NCBI GenBank assembly: GCA_027923505.1
Contig: BROI01000001.1
Span: 2,974,719-2,994,718, forward strand
Source: Mayamaea pseudoterrestris
Taxonomy: Eukaryota
Reading direction: 5' to 3'
Length of the DNA: 20,000 bases
The notes under the pieces were generated by a model, which was not told the origin of the DNA, did no database searches, and saw nothing but the letters and a program-made list of their open reading frames with translations. Within the stretch, counting starts at the first letter, position 1, and each line of letters begins with the position of its first letter. Below, piece by piece: positions 1 to 9,399 of the stretch. Position numbers and translations under genes: made by a program.

Positions 1-214
1 TCTTGTCGCCATCCTTGCCTTCGCCTGGAAAGTGCTCAAGCTTGCCGTCAGCGTCGGCCTGCGGAAACACCTTGCCCTCGTGCAACACCTCCTCGGAAAG
101 GTCGCCAACGCTCGCCTCGTCGTCGTCGGCACTTCCATGCGCTTTGAAAGGATTGTCCATGCCGAGGGCGGCGGCGTCCTCGACGAAAATCATCTTTTCT
201 TGATTCTCCGACAT
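1..214 (-). CDS. 5' portion of an unidentified protein with acidic N-terminus (runs off window)
   Basis: Hand translation from ATG at 214 (context accATG) gives MSENQEKMIFVEDAAALGMDNPFKAHGSADDDEASVGDLSEEVLHEGKVFPQADADGKLEHFPGEGKDGDK..., with no stop to the window edge and many G/C-ending codons. An initiator-like TCACTT (265-270, - strand) and an AT-rich TATA-like stretch (~301-310) lie upstream. Not in the ORF track because it has no stop. No recognisable domain in 71 codons. Confidence 0.65.
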   Translation of the reverse strand, partial: MSENQEKMIFVEDAAALGMDNPFKAHGSADDDEASVGDLSEEVLHEGKVFPQADADGKLEHFPGEGKDGDK

Positions 215-417
215 GGTCAGAGTGAGTCTCCAGGTCAAGTCCTATTCGAATACCTTGGCGGAGAAAGTGAATTGACGAAAGTATTTGCATGTGTGAGTCA
301 ATATGTATATCATGGCGCAGCACAACGCATCTGCTCGAGCCAATTCGTCATGTTCGTGGCGCGAGAACGACACCAAGACAAGTCTCATCCATTCCCTCTC
401 GTGTCCTCGGGTGACTT

Positions 418-477
418 TCGTGACGCAAGCCTCTCGGTCACGAGACGTTATCGGCTGCAAGGTTCTCGATAACGTCT
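418..477. repeat. Two adjacent inverted repeats upstream of the left-edge gene
   Basis: tcgtgac (418-424)/gtcacga (437-443), and a perfect 11-bp pair agacgttatcg (443-453)/cgataacgtct (467-477) with a 13-nt spacer. Confidence 0.7.
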
Positions 478-1397
478 TCATGGTCGTCCCATGGCACATT
501 TACTCGACCGCAAACCGTCACTTACCTCCTGGATTGGATTAATGGACGACTACTCCAGCAGCGATGACATGGTCACCATAGTCGGAGGGATATCGTCGCT
601 GATTTTCCCAAGGTTTGGTCCGTTTTTGGGCAGTTATCCAGGCCTAAGTGATAGCCAATTGGCGGCAGACGGGGGTCTCTCACACGTTCCACAATTTAAC
701 CGGAAGGGGTATGTTACGGTTTATTTGGAACGCAAAGGAGTCCGGAGAAATTTTCCTTCACAAGACTGCACGCGCGCCCTTGCCGGCGATCGACGTTGGG
801 GCGGAGTCGTCATTACCGGATAGACACGTCCACGCTGCGCGGCATCTTTTCTGCATCGCTGTTTTGACGAATCGATTGATCAAGCCGCAAGCGAAACACA
901 TCATCATGCATGTCGTCTAAAGTATCGACTACTTGTGAATCGGATAGTACATTGCATGATTGCAAGCCCATCAAGTGCTTTAGCCAGAATGAGTTCTTCT
1001 GATTGCCTGGCAACTTGGACACATTGACGCTAACCAAATGTCCCGCATTCTGTATGACGCAGTTCTGCCTCGTCCAGCTACGATATTCCGATCATAGATA
1101 TGCCTCGAGCTAAAGGCACTCTCGACTTTCATCTCGAGGAGCGATGTGAAACTTCTGCCGTACTATAGAGTATAATGAACATTATTGTATACTGTATATA
1201 CTGTACTGCTCGGTGGAAGGGACCGGAGAGCTAAAACTATCTACCTTGGAGCGAAGACGCCGTCCAATCGCAGTACAGCGCCAGATTAACCTTTAAAGGA
1301 AAAATTACAGTTGCTGCTGCTTCATAAATGCGGCTATACTTTCGTCGCTTGTCGCACCTCGTTTCGTAAAACTACTAGCTATCAGTAAGTACAGTGA

Positions 1398-1985
1398 TTA
1401 CGTTTCCTTCTGTAGCTTGCTCAATATATCATGGACCAAATTCTTCATGACTGGTTGGCCTCGACTCGTCTTTTGTTGTAAAAGTTCTGTTCGCTTTTTA
1501 CGATGAGCCAGTGCGCGATGCCGCTCCTGTTCCTGCTTCTTTTGTTCCTTCTTGATGCGATCGGCATCTGCCTGCTTCTGTTCAGCTTTTGTTTTGGTGG
1601 ATTCCTTGGCATGCTTCTTTGATGTGTCCTTTGTTACATTTGAAACGTTCGCTTCCTGGTCTACCTCCTTGTTGCTGTTATCTGCCTTGTTGTCCTCTTG
1701 TTCGTTGTTGTCTTCTGCTGCTGCTGCCGCCACGACACGTCGTCTCTTGGCTCCAGTCCCTGGTTCATAGCCATGCTTTTGCATGACCTTTTTATACTGT
1801 CGAAGCTCCTTGGACGTATGTAGACGCTTCTTTTCCTTGCGCTTGCGAAATTCCTGGAGCGCCTTGACGGGGCCAGTCGTTTTGGTGGCGGAACTGCCTG
1901 TCAGCAGCGACGGCATTCTGCGGCGATGGTTGCTGGTGCTATCATTATTCCTGTTAGATGTTGTTGGACGTCGATTGTCGGACAT
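1398..1985 (-). CDS. Fyv7/TAP26 (CCDC59)-like rRNA-processing protein, 195 aa
   Basis: Lys/Glu/Arg-rich charged protein ending KKRTELLQQKTSRGQPVMKNLVHDILSKLQKET, matching the family C-terminal T-x-x-GQP-x-M...(I/L)L-x-K(I/L) motif. First in-frame ATG at 1985. Confidence 0.75.
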   Translation of the reverse strand: MSDNRRPTTSNRNNDSTSNHRRRMPSLLTGSSATKTTGPVKALQEFRKRKEKKRLHTSKELRQYKKVMQKHGYEPGTGAKRRRVVAAAAAEDNNEQEDNKADNSNKEVDQEANVSNVTKDTSKKHAKESTKTKAEQKQADADRIKKEQKKQEQERHRALAHRKKRTELLQQKTSRGQPVMKNLVHDILSKLQKET

Positions 1986-2311
1986 GGTTACTATTTTCTC
2001 GTTAACGCCGACTGTCAGTTCCAACCACAGACAATCTGACGAGCAAAGAAATTGGAGGAGTGATGACTGCGAGAAAGCAGCGCTGATTGATCATGGTCAA
2101 GTCGAGGTTCGCAAAGCGTGACTGGTGACGAACGAAATTGGCGCGAACGGACGACGGACAGACGCTGTCGAGGAACGTGACGGCGAACGTTTCGATTTAT
2201 TGCGCGCAGTGATAAGAGCAGCATCTAGCATCTACAAACCCATCTGCACCTCTATTGAACTTGTCTTGCCTTCGAGACTTGACTTGGAAACGTTTTTTAA
2301 CAAGCAGCATC

Positions 2312-4708
2312 ATGACGGCATCGAGTCCACTGTTCATTCTTTACGGCTCGGCGACTGGCAATGCGGAACACATTGCCAAGGATCTTGCCTCGCAAGTTCC
2401 CGGATCAATTTGCTGTCCGATGGACGACTTTAAGAAGAAAGCCATGCCTACTTGGGAGACGAAACCTGCAGATGGAAGCAAGCATGCTGTATTGTTTCTC
2501 ACGTCTACTACCGGAAATGGCGATGCACCTGAAAATGCAAGTCGCTTCGTTCGATTCTTGAAGCGCAAGACATCATCGCCAACTACATTTGAGAATTGCG
2601 TCTATGCTGTACTGGCACTGGGAGACTCCAACTATGACAAATTTTGTCAGGCAGGAAAGGACGTAGATCGACGTGCTCACGAGTTGGGAGGAACGCGCGT
2701 TCGGCCATTGGCTTGCGCCGACGAAGGAACTGGGTTGGAGGATGTCGTTGAGCCATGGACGCATTCGATCCTGCAGGACATTTCAAATGCCCGACTGGGA
2801 CGCAATATTGTTAATGAGGAAGGCATCAAAGAAATTACGAATGAGGTAAAGGAGAAGGAGGAAGAATTGAAACTTGCGAATGGCGATGTTAAAAAAGTAT
2901 CGACTGAGAAAGCTGCTCCTCCGACTTTGCCCGATGCCAGCGCTGCACCTGTTACTCCCGACGCATCAGCAGGAGTCGCGATTGTACGATCAATACTGAA
3001 ACTAGACAACATTGACTCTCCTTTGGAGCCAGTCGACCCCAAACTTTTGCCTCCTCTCACAAGTAAGCTGAGCTCGTGCCAACTGGTCCACCATCAGAAT
3101 GGCGATGATGAATTGGTTACGCATCGAGACCGCAGTGCATCTTTGGCCGAGACCATGTCGTCTGGCAGCAGTGTCACGTTGCATTACAATCTACAAAAGC
3201 CGTTTGCGTCGCGCGTACTAAAGGCCCGCTACTTGACAAAAACTCCTGTGGAGGCAGCTCAGCAAGCGGCCAGCCTGTCGGTTACTGATAATGATGCGCT
3301 CTATAACCAAGCTCTAGAAATTTACGATCAGTCATTTCCATTGGCATCGGAAGATGGAAACGAGAATGACCCATTGCTTAGCAGAAACGGCAAGCGCGTC
3401 TTGGAACTTACCTTGAGCCTCCCCGATGATTACACACTTGAATACGCTCCCGGTGATTCACTCGGACTTTGCGTGGAAAATCCACCAACATCCGTTGCCT
3501 TTGTGTTGGCGATGCTAAACAAGCACCATGGCATTACAGGTGACCAGCTCTTGTCGGTGGATGGCGATTCTCCGCAACCAATTGAACAAGTTCTGAGAGC
3601 AACAGTTGATTTGAGCTCGCCCATTAAAAGTAAACGTCTCTTGTCGTCACTGGCGCAGTTTGCCACGTGCACAGATGAAGCCATAGCGCTGCAGTGGCTG
3701 GCGTGCAAGCTATCTAAAGGACAGGAGGCATTTGATGAGTATGTTGACAAGCAAAAGCTTACCATTGTGGATTTATTGCGAGCGTTTCCGTCGTGTCAAA
3801 GCATAACAATTGAAGGGCTGCTGGGTATGCTGCCGGGCATTCCGCCTCGGTACTACTCTGTTACGAGTAGCCCATTGGCTCATCACCGTAATTTGTGTTT
3901 GACGATTGCCTTTTCCGTGGTTGACTACTTGACGCCGTCACTTGTGCTGAATGGGCGAGAAATTGGCCATAGGCGTGTCCATGGTGTCGCAACAAGCTAT
4001 ATGGAGGCATTGTGCGCCAAGCTTGTGTGCGGGCTTGCCGGCTCCGAGCAAACGGCGTTACGCATCTTTCCCAAGCCTACAGTCGATTTCCGCATGCCGA
4101 GTGACCTATCGATTCCGTTAATCCTCATTGGCCCGGGAACAGGTGTCGCTCCCTTCATGGGCTTTTTGGAGCATCGCGAGGCACTAGTCTCGCAGTCTGA
4201 AAGCAAGGAAGTTGCCCACACCGTCGTCGAGGGTACTTGGCGCGGAGGAATGGAACTGGACGAGAATGAAGTACCCGTTGGTGAACAGGATGCAAGTGGG
4301 TTGAATGTGGCTGTTGACTTTCGAGCCATGCAGCAGACTGGCTCGGTGGATCTTTTCTTTGGGTGCCGCCATAAGGATCACGACTGGTTGTATCATGATG
4401 AAATGCTAGCCTATAAGGAGACCGGTGTTGTTTCTGAGTTGCACATTGCATTTTCGCGTGACGACGATCGTCAGTACGTGCAACATATCATGAAGTCGGG
4501 CTTTTGTCGCGCTCGCATTGCCGACCTAATCATGAATCAAGGCGCATGTGTATACTTGTGCGGCGATGGCAATCAAATGGCAAAAGATGTGCAAGCTACG
4601 ATTGTCGAAATACTTGGTACAGAGATAAATGAAGGTGTTGATGCGGCAACAAGCTATCTGGAGACGATGAAAAGGGACCAACGCTTTGTGATGGATATCT
4701 GGAGTTAG
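2312..4708 (+). CDS. MTRR: Methionine synthase reductase (FMN/FAD/NADPH diflavin oxidoreductase), 798 aa
   Basis: Flavodoxin motifs YGSATGNAEHIA, TSTTGNGDAPENA, LGDSNYDKFC and MTRR-typical ADEGTGLEDVVEPW; FAD motif RYYSVTSS; NADPH domain IGPGTGVAPFMGFLEHR, FFGCRH, YVQH, YLCGD; C-terminal DIWS. No N-terminal membrane anchor, which argues against cytochrome P450 reductase. First ATG at 2312. Confidence 0.85.
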   Translation: MTASSPLFILYGSATGNAEHIAKDLASQVPGSICCPMDDFKKKAMPTWETKPADGSKHAVLFLTSTTGNGDAPENASRFVRFLKRKTSSPTTFENCVYAVLALGDSNYDKFCQAGKDVDRRAHELGGTRVRPLACADEGTGLEDVVEPWTHSILQDISNARLGRNIVNEEGIKEITNEVKEKEEELKLANGDVKKVSTEKAAPPTLPDASAAPVTPDASAGVAIVRSILKLDNIDSPLEPVDPKLLPPLTSKLSSCQLVHHQNGDDELVTHRDRSASLAETMSSGSSVTLHYNLQKPFASRVLKARYLTKTPVEAAQQAASLSVTDNDALYNQALEIYDQSFPLASEDGNENDPLLSRNGKRVLELTLSLPDDYTLEYAPGDSLGLCVENPPTSVAFVLAMLNKHHGITGDQLLSVDGDSPQPIEQVLRATVDLSSPIKSKRLLSSLAQFATCTDEAIALQWLACKLSKGQEAFDEYVDKQKLTIVDLLRAFPSCQSITIEGLLGMLPGIPPRYYSVTSSPLAHHRNLCLTIAFSVVDYLTPSLVLNGREIGHRRVHGVATSYMEALCAKLVCGLAGSEQTALRIFPKPTVDFRMPSDLSIPLILIGPGTGVAPFMGFLEHREALVSQSESKEVAHTVVEGTWRGGMELDENEVPVGEQDASGLNVAVDFRAMQQTGSVDLFFGCRHKDHDWLYHDEMLAYKETGVVSELHIAFSRDDDRQYVQHIMKSGFCRARIADLIMNQGACVYLCGDGNQMAKDVQATIVEILGTEINEGVDAATSYLETMKRDQRFVMDIWS

Positions 4709-4829
4709 ACTGCAGTTTCGTCGACGTATACGTAACCATAATGATGATTTAAAGCTTTGCTAGTACTCGCATTGCCATAATAGTTTTGCACTCCGTTTTC
4801 GCCTGTCTCAAGTTCTTCATTGTCATTAG

Positions 4830-5480
4830 CTATGTATTCTGTTGTCGTCTGACTTCCTCGAGCTGCTGATGATAACGAGCATCGACGAGTTCCCACAATT
4901 TGTTGAGAAAAAGAAGTCGCATGATCATGTACAGGATTCCCATGCCAAACATGGCAAAGGCCGATCCCCTCAAAATGTCAGCGAATGCAATCTGCGCAAA
5001 GCTGGGAGTGTCCGGATAATTATGGCCAAGCGTGGCGTACGATTCTTCAAGTCCGATGACGCCAATGAATGAGTACTGGAAACCGCGATAGAACCAGTTC
5101 TTGTAGGCTTCATTATTCGCTGGTGATAGAAAGTCGGGAAGTATCTTGATGTTCCACTCGGCGGCCATGAGAATGATGCAAAATAGAATTACGTATGATC
5201 GCAGAATCATTTGTACTATAATGCCAGGGACAATGACCCAAAGTCCAACCTGCGACAGAATGAAGCATAACGTGATCAATGTCGAAATGATTCGGATAAG
5301 AATGAAAGTCTGCAAGAGACAAGATCTTTGCGGCCGAAGTGGCGTAGGCGTCGGCACTGGCAAAGGTTCATGCTGTTGGTGCTGGCGTTGCTGTCCGCCG
5401 TTAGCATCAATAAGATTTTCCTCATCGCCGGCCTCGTCACCACGCGTTGCAGGAACCAGTCTTGTCCTCTCTGTTGTCAT
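4830..5480 (-). CDS. COPI-associated / TVP15-like small Golgi membrane protein, 216 aa
   Basis: Hydrophilic N-terminus, then 3-4 hydrophobic helices with RSYVILFCIILMAAEW and NWFYRGFQYSFIGVIG (the family's ...E and RGxxYxFxG pattern). Confidence 0.65.
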   Translation of the reverse strand: MTTERTRLVPATRGDEAGDEENLIDANGGQQRQHQQHEPLPVPTPTPLRPQRSCLLQTFILIRIISTLITLCFILSQVGLWVIVPGIIVQMILRSYVILFCIILMAAEWNIKILPDFLSPANNEAYKNWFYRGFQYSFIGVIGLEESYATLGHNYPDTPSFAQIAFADILRGSAFAMFGMGILYMIMRLLFLNKLWELVDARYHQQLEEVRRQQNT

Positions 5481-5729
5481 TTGAGACTGCTTTGGTGGAG
5501 ATTGTTAACCAAAAAATGTAGAGAGTTGCGAAGGTTGCATGCGATTTTGGAACTTATCGATCAACGAAGAATGTGTGTGACATTTGTCGCAATGGTAAAA
5601 GTGCAATTGAAACGGATGCAGCGCCTCGTAAAGCACTCTTAGCTACGTCGTAATAGTGTGGATTGTATACATAGATGTTACATTTTGCAAAAGCCTTGGC
5701 CTTTACAGTTTATACGACCCGTAGCTACC

Positions 5730-7279
5730 CTAGAACTGAACGTTCCACACGGTGGGATAACCAGCTGCAGTCAACGCATCATGCACGCGCTTGCCATGAT
5801 CCGCTCCTTGCAGTTCAACAACCACTTTAACTTGCACTTGGTCGACGTTCGTAAACAACCAACTTCTTTCGTGAAAGATGTCTGTAATTGATGCACCCTG
5901 CTCGCACAGCAAGTTGCAAAGCTTCGAAATTCCTCCTGGTCTATCCGAAACGGTGGACGAAAAGTTGACGAGACGTTTATCAGCCGCCAAACCACGGTCC
6001 AGGATGCGACCGAGGACTGTTGTGTCAATGTTTCCTCCACATAACGGCACCACGATATTCTTTCCCTTTAAATCCGCCCGATCCAACGCGCCACCAGGAA
6101 GCAATGCCGCCAAGCCGGCCGCGCCTCCCCCTTCGACGACAATCTTTTCATTCTCAATCAACCTTAACACCGCTAGCGAAACCTGCTGTTCCGATGCTAA
6201 TACACATTCATCAACGTAGTGACGAGCAACTTCGAACGCATGTGGCCCAACCTCTGGTACTGCCAATCCATCGGCAATAGTTGAAACAACATCAATCTTG
6301 ACAGGCCTGCCGGCCCGCAGCGCCGCTGTATAGGATGCGGCAAACTCTGGTTCCACTCCTATGACTTGAGTATCAGGTTTAAGCGTCTTGATTGCGCATG
6401 AAACTCCTGCAATCAATCCAGCGCCTCCAACAGGCACGATAACGGCATCGACGCAAGGAACATCCTCAATGATCTCCATTCCAATCGTTCCAGCGCCTGC
6501 TAAAATGGCAGGATCATCGTAGCCATTCACATAATCAAGCCCTTCCTTGGCGGCAAGTTGTTCCGCAAATTCTTTTGCTTCGCCGATATGAGCCCCATGT
6601 ATAATGATTCTAGCACCGAATCTCTGTTGAGAAAAAGCAAAGTGATGTGAATCATCCGCAATGGTCAGATTCGATTCGAGAGAGTCACAAATAAGCCACC
6701 AATTTGCACATAAATACTTACACGACATTTCTCAATTTTGGCCATGGGCGCAACCGTGGGCATGACGACGGTGCACGGAACGCCCAAATTTTTGCCGTGG
6801 TATGACAATCCGAGTGCATGATTTCCTGCCGACGCTGCAATCACTCCATTCAAGTGATTGCCTCGCTCTCGTCTCAACTGCAGTATCGCATTCCGAGCAC
6901 CCCGCTCCTTAAAAGATCCCGTAAATTGTCTGAATTCGGGTTTGAAAAAGATATTGGCACCGACGAGTTCGGAAATGAATGGGCTCAGTTCTGCTGTTGT
7001 TCGTTTCACTCCGCCCCGAATGGCAACTTCGGCGCGCGAAATGTCAGCAAAGGAAATGGGAAGATCCGTCAAATCCTTGTTGGATCTTGTTAATGGCGGT
7101 GGCGACGCAGGCGATGCTAAATCACTGTCATTTTCGTTTTCTGAATCTGAAGAAGTGGCAAAGTAACGCTGATGATGGCGCGTCGCAGAATAAATTGGTC
7201 GGCCGTGCGTCGCTGCGATGCTGACACAACATCGTGTTGCAGAACGAGATCTGGTATTCGTAACAAGGCTTGCAAACAT
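5730..7279 (-). CDS. PLP-dependent threonine/serine dehydratase (ammonia-lyase) with a single C-terminal ACT domain; exons 7279-6722 and 6623-5730, 483 aa
   Basis: PLP-lysine motif FKPEFRQFTGSFKERGA, AASAGNHA, GAGTIGME, VPVGGAGLIAG, LCGGNID and ACT motif SDRPGGISKL. Two ORFs are joined in frame by a GT-AG intron (KIEKCR|RFGARII). The Arg/Ser/Thr-rich, acid-free N-terminus resembles a mitochondrial presequence. Confidence 0.92.
6624..6721 (-). other. Spliceosomal intron (98 nt, phase 0) in the threonine dehydratase gene
   Basis: Donor GTAAGT, branch-like CTGAC, pyrimidine tract and CAACAG acceptor; removal restores the conserved reading frame. Confidence 0.9.
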
Positions 7280-7402
7280 ACCAATGGATCCTTATGGTCG
7301 GTGCAGGCCTGGATTCTATCAACAACTAAACTGAGAAGATGATCGCATCTTGCGAGGGAAATGGCCTCACTCGGCATTTCGACGGTCGTGGAACGAATGC
7401 GA

Positions 7403-7429
7403 TGACGTCAGTGTAAATGCCTTTGACGT
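7403..7429. promoter_or_regulatory. CRE-type palindrome TGACGTCA plus a second TGACGT in a divergent promoter
   Basis: TGACGTCA at 7403-7410 and TGACGT at 7424-7429 between the head-to-head dehydratase and dehydrogenase genes. TGACGT is the known core bound by bZIP/aureochrome factors; function here is inferred. Confidence 0.4.
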
Positions 7430-7452
7430 TTCAATGTACTCTTTAAACCAGT

Positions 7453-7519
7453 GTGCCAAAAATTTTGAAAATCAAAGTTTTTGGCACCACTATTTGACCC
7501 ACAGTGCCTAAAACTTTGA
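7453..7519. repeat. Three copies of 16-bp motif GTGCCWAAAAYTTTGA, two forming an inverted repeat
   Basis: gtgccaaaaattttga 7453-7468 (+), tcaaagtttttggcac 7472-7487 (reverse complement, 1 mismatch, 3-nt spacer), gtgcctaaaactttga 7504-7519 (+). Confidence 0.85.
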
Positions 7520-7678
7520 AAAATTACAGAAATTGGTAGTACTCTAAAGTGACAGTAGAACAGAAGTTCGTTTTCTTCATGGGTGCGTCATCGGCATGGA
7601 AGATACTCGAGTGCTGCTTGTGCCTGCCGAGACCTTTACTTATACTACCAAACTGGTCCAGCTCTCTCCATCATTACC

Positions 7679-9355
7679 ATGGCCAACGTGACGGTAATAG
7701 GAATTGGCGCTATGGGCGGCGGCATGGCGCGGGCGCTGTTGGATTCAAGCGTTTGCAAGACTGTCACGGGGTTTGACCAATCCGCTAGTCTGGTCCGAGC
7801 ATTCCATCAGGATTCGCAGGCTGCCAAGAAAAGTTTGGGAACAGAGCAGCCAACAAGTTTGAGGGATGCCGTCACGGCAGATACGGATGTTGTCGTTTTG
7901 GTGCTGCAGACGGAAGCTCAGTGTGATTTGGTGTGCTTTGGCGGAACGACCGAGGATGATGGAGAAGTCACATCACCATCAGATTGCCTCTTGTCACTGC
8001 TTACATCCAACCACACGAGTAATACAAAACACTCTTGCGTCATTCTATGTTCAACCGTTACGCCTTCATGGACTAAGGTTGCGGCCCAGAAATTCCGCAA
8101 GCATGAGATCCATTTTGTCGACTCACCCATGAGTGGAGGCCCTGTCCGCGCACGCGCTGGAGATTTGACCATGATGGCCAGCGGCAGTCAAGACTGCTTG
8201 GACGTAGCCATGCCCATTTTGCTTGCGCTTGGTGGCAAGGAGGAAAACGTGCACATTATCGCGGGCGGGCCAGGCATGGGGTCCACGGTCAAGGCCGTTC
8301 ATCAGCTACTCGCCGGCGTGCATATTGTTGTCGCAGCGGAAGCTTTGTCTCTTGCTGCGGCTGCAGGACTTGACGTTGAGCAAGTATACCGCATTGTAAA
8401 TGGGGCAGCAGGCTCGAGTTGGATGTTTCGCGACCGTGGCCACCGCATGATAAATAATGAAGATGTCGTCAAGAGTCAGCTGCGAATTTTCGTCAAGGAT
8501 TTGGATATCGTATACAATGAAGCCAAGCGATTGAATGCGCCTATTCCGCTCGCGAGCGCGGCATTGCAGCAGTTTATTGCGGGGGTTGGCCTTGGTTTGG
8601 GAACGGACGATGACTCGAAGCTGGTCCGAGTTTATGAAAATGTAACCGGTGTGCCAGTCCGGGGTGACGGCATTCAACCACAAACGGAAGGAAATGGCGT
8701 GGGTGACTTTTGGAAAATGGAAGATGGCACACTGGAGGAGATTGTCGAAGTTGGACTCGAACCTCGTCACAAGGCTGTCATTTCCAACGAATATGTTCGC
8801 GCCCTTCGTGTCGAGTTCCCTGCTAACGACACCACTCTGGCGCATCAACACGCGGAAGATTCACTTTATTTCTTTCTAGTTGACGGCTTGACCGTTGTCA
8901 ATCACGTCAAAGGCCAATGTCCCATGTGCGACGCGATGGAGTTTGGCGAAGTGCGCTTCGGCGCTCACAAGTCGGAACACCCGCTGGTGCACAAAATTAC
9001 TAACAAGTCCGACAAGGTCATGTTTTGTATTGACGCGGAAATTCTGGAGCAACCGCCTGTTACCTCCATTACTGGTTTGGTAGCCGATAAACATGAACTA
9101 ATCAAGACGAGGGAAAAGTGCCGTGTGTATAAACTGACACTCGAGCCTGGTGAAAGCGTCAACGTTACCTATCCTTTTTTTCATTTAACTGTTATACTGG
9201 AACCTTCAACAATTCAAAAAGAACTAGCTGGACCGCTTCAATGGAATGAAGAGACAACACTCGGTGATGTCGCGTGGAGAGAACCTATCGCTAACATGAC
9301 CAAGACAAATGTTGGAACTACCAGATACGTCGAGTACATTGCTGAATGGCGTTAA
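7679..9355 (+). CDS. Beta-hydroxyacid dehydrogenase (L-threonate dehydrogenase LtnD/YgbJ-like) fused to C-terminal tandem cupin-like domains, 558 aa
   Basis: Rossmann VIGIGAMGGGMA; DSPMSGG; catalytic-Lys segment GSTVKAVHQLLAGVHI; AAGSSWMF; IFVKDLDIV; DDS, all typical of the LtnD branch of the 3-hydroxyisobutyrate dehydrogenase family. The last ~200 aa carry EPRH..ISNEYVRALRVEFPANDTTLAHQH and a second RVYKLTLEPGES unit (cupin-like). First plausible ATG at 7679 (accATGG). Confidence 0.85.
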   Translation: MANVTVIGIGAMGGGMARALLDSSVCKTVTGFDQSASLVRAFHQDSQAAKKSLGTEQPTSLRDAVTADTDVVVLVLQTEAQCDLVCFGGTTEDDGEVTSPSDCLLSLLTSNHTSNTKHSCVILCSTVTPSWTKVAAQKFRKHEIHFVDSPMSGGPVRARAGDLTMMASGSQDCLDVAMPILLALGGKEENVHIIAGGPGMGSTVKAVHQLLAGVHIVVAAEALSLAAAAGLDVEQVYRIVNGAAGSSWMFRDRGHRMINNEDVVKSQLRIFVKDLDIVYNEAKRLNAPIPLASAALQQFIAGVGLGLGTDDDSKLVRVYENVTGVPVRGDGIQPQTEGNGVGDFWKMEDGTLEEIVEVGLEPRHKAVISNEYVRALRVEFPANDTTLAHQHAEDSLYFFLVDGLTVVNHVKGQCPMCDAMEFGEVRFGAHKSEHPLVHKITNKSDKVMFCIDAEILEQPPVTSITGLVADKHELIKTREKCRVYKLTLEPGESVNVTYPFFHLTVILEPSTIQKELAGPLQWNEETTLGDVAWREPIANMTKTNVGTTRYVEYIAEWR

Positions 9356-9399
9356 TATTAAAATAAATTGTGCATAGTGTAATACGTACATTGACAAGG

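Noticed and set aside
519..532. ACTTACCT resembling the U1 snRNA 5' end, or a minus-strand AG|GTAAGT splice donor
   Set aside because: No further U1 structure; the upstream minus-strand mini-ORF stops before the site; a single 8-mer can occur by chance in 20 kb.
32..1037. Several short ORFs (32-472, 303-542, 491-823, 648-920, 813-1037)
   Set aside because: Antisense to the left-edge gene or lacking motifs and coding-like composition.
1..1100. Left-edge ORF as a second retrotransposon gag
   Set aside because: No TG...CA LTR boundaries, PBS-like site or gag motifs found upstream; the promoter-like context fits a host gene.
1186..1207. Short simple repeats (tgtatactgtatatactgtact; also gtacctcgtt/gtacctcgtg near 11366-11385)
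   Set aside because: Too short and degenerate to imply function; no CRISPR-like repeat-spacer structure, tRNA or rRNA was recognised anywhere in the window.
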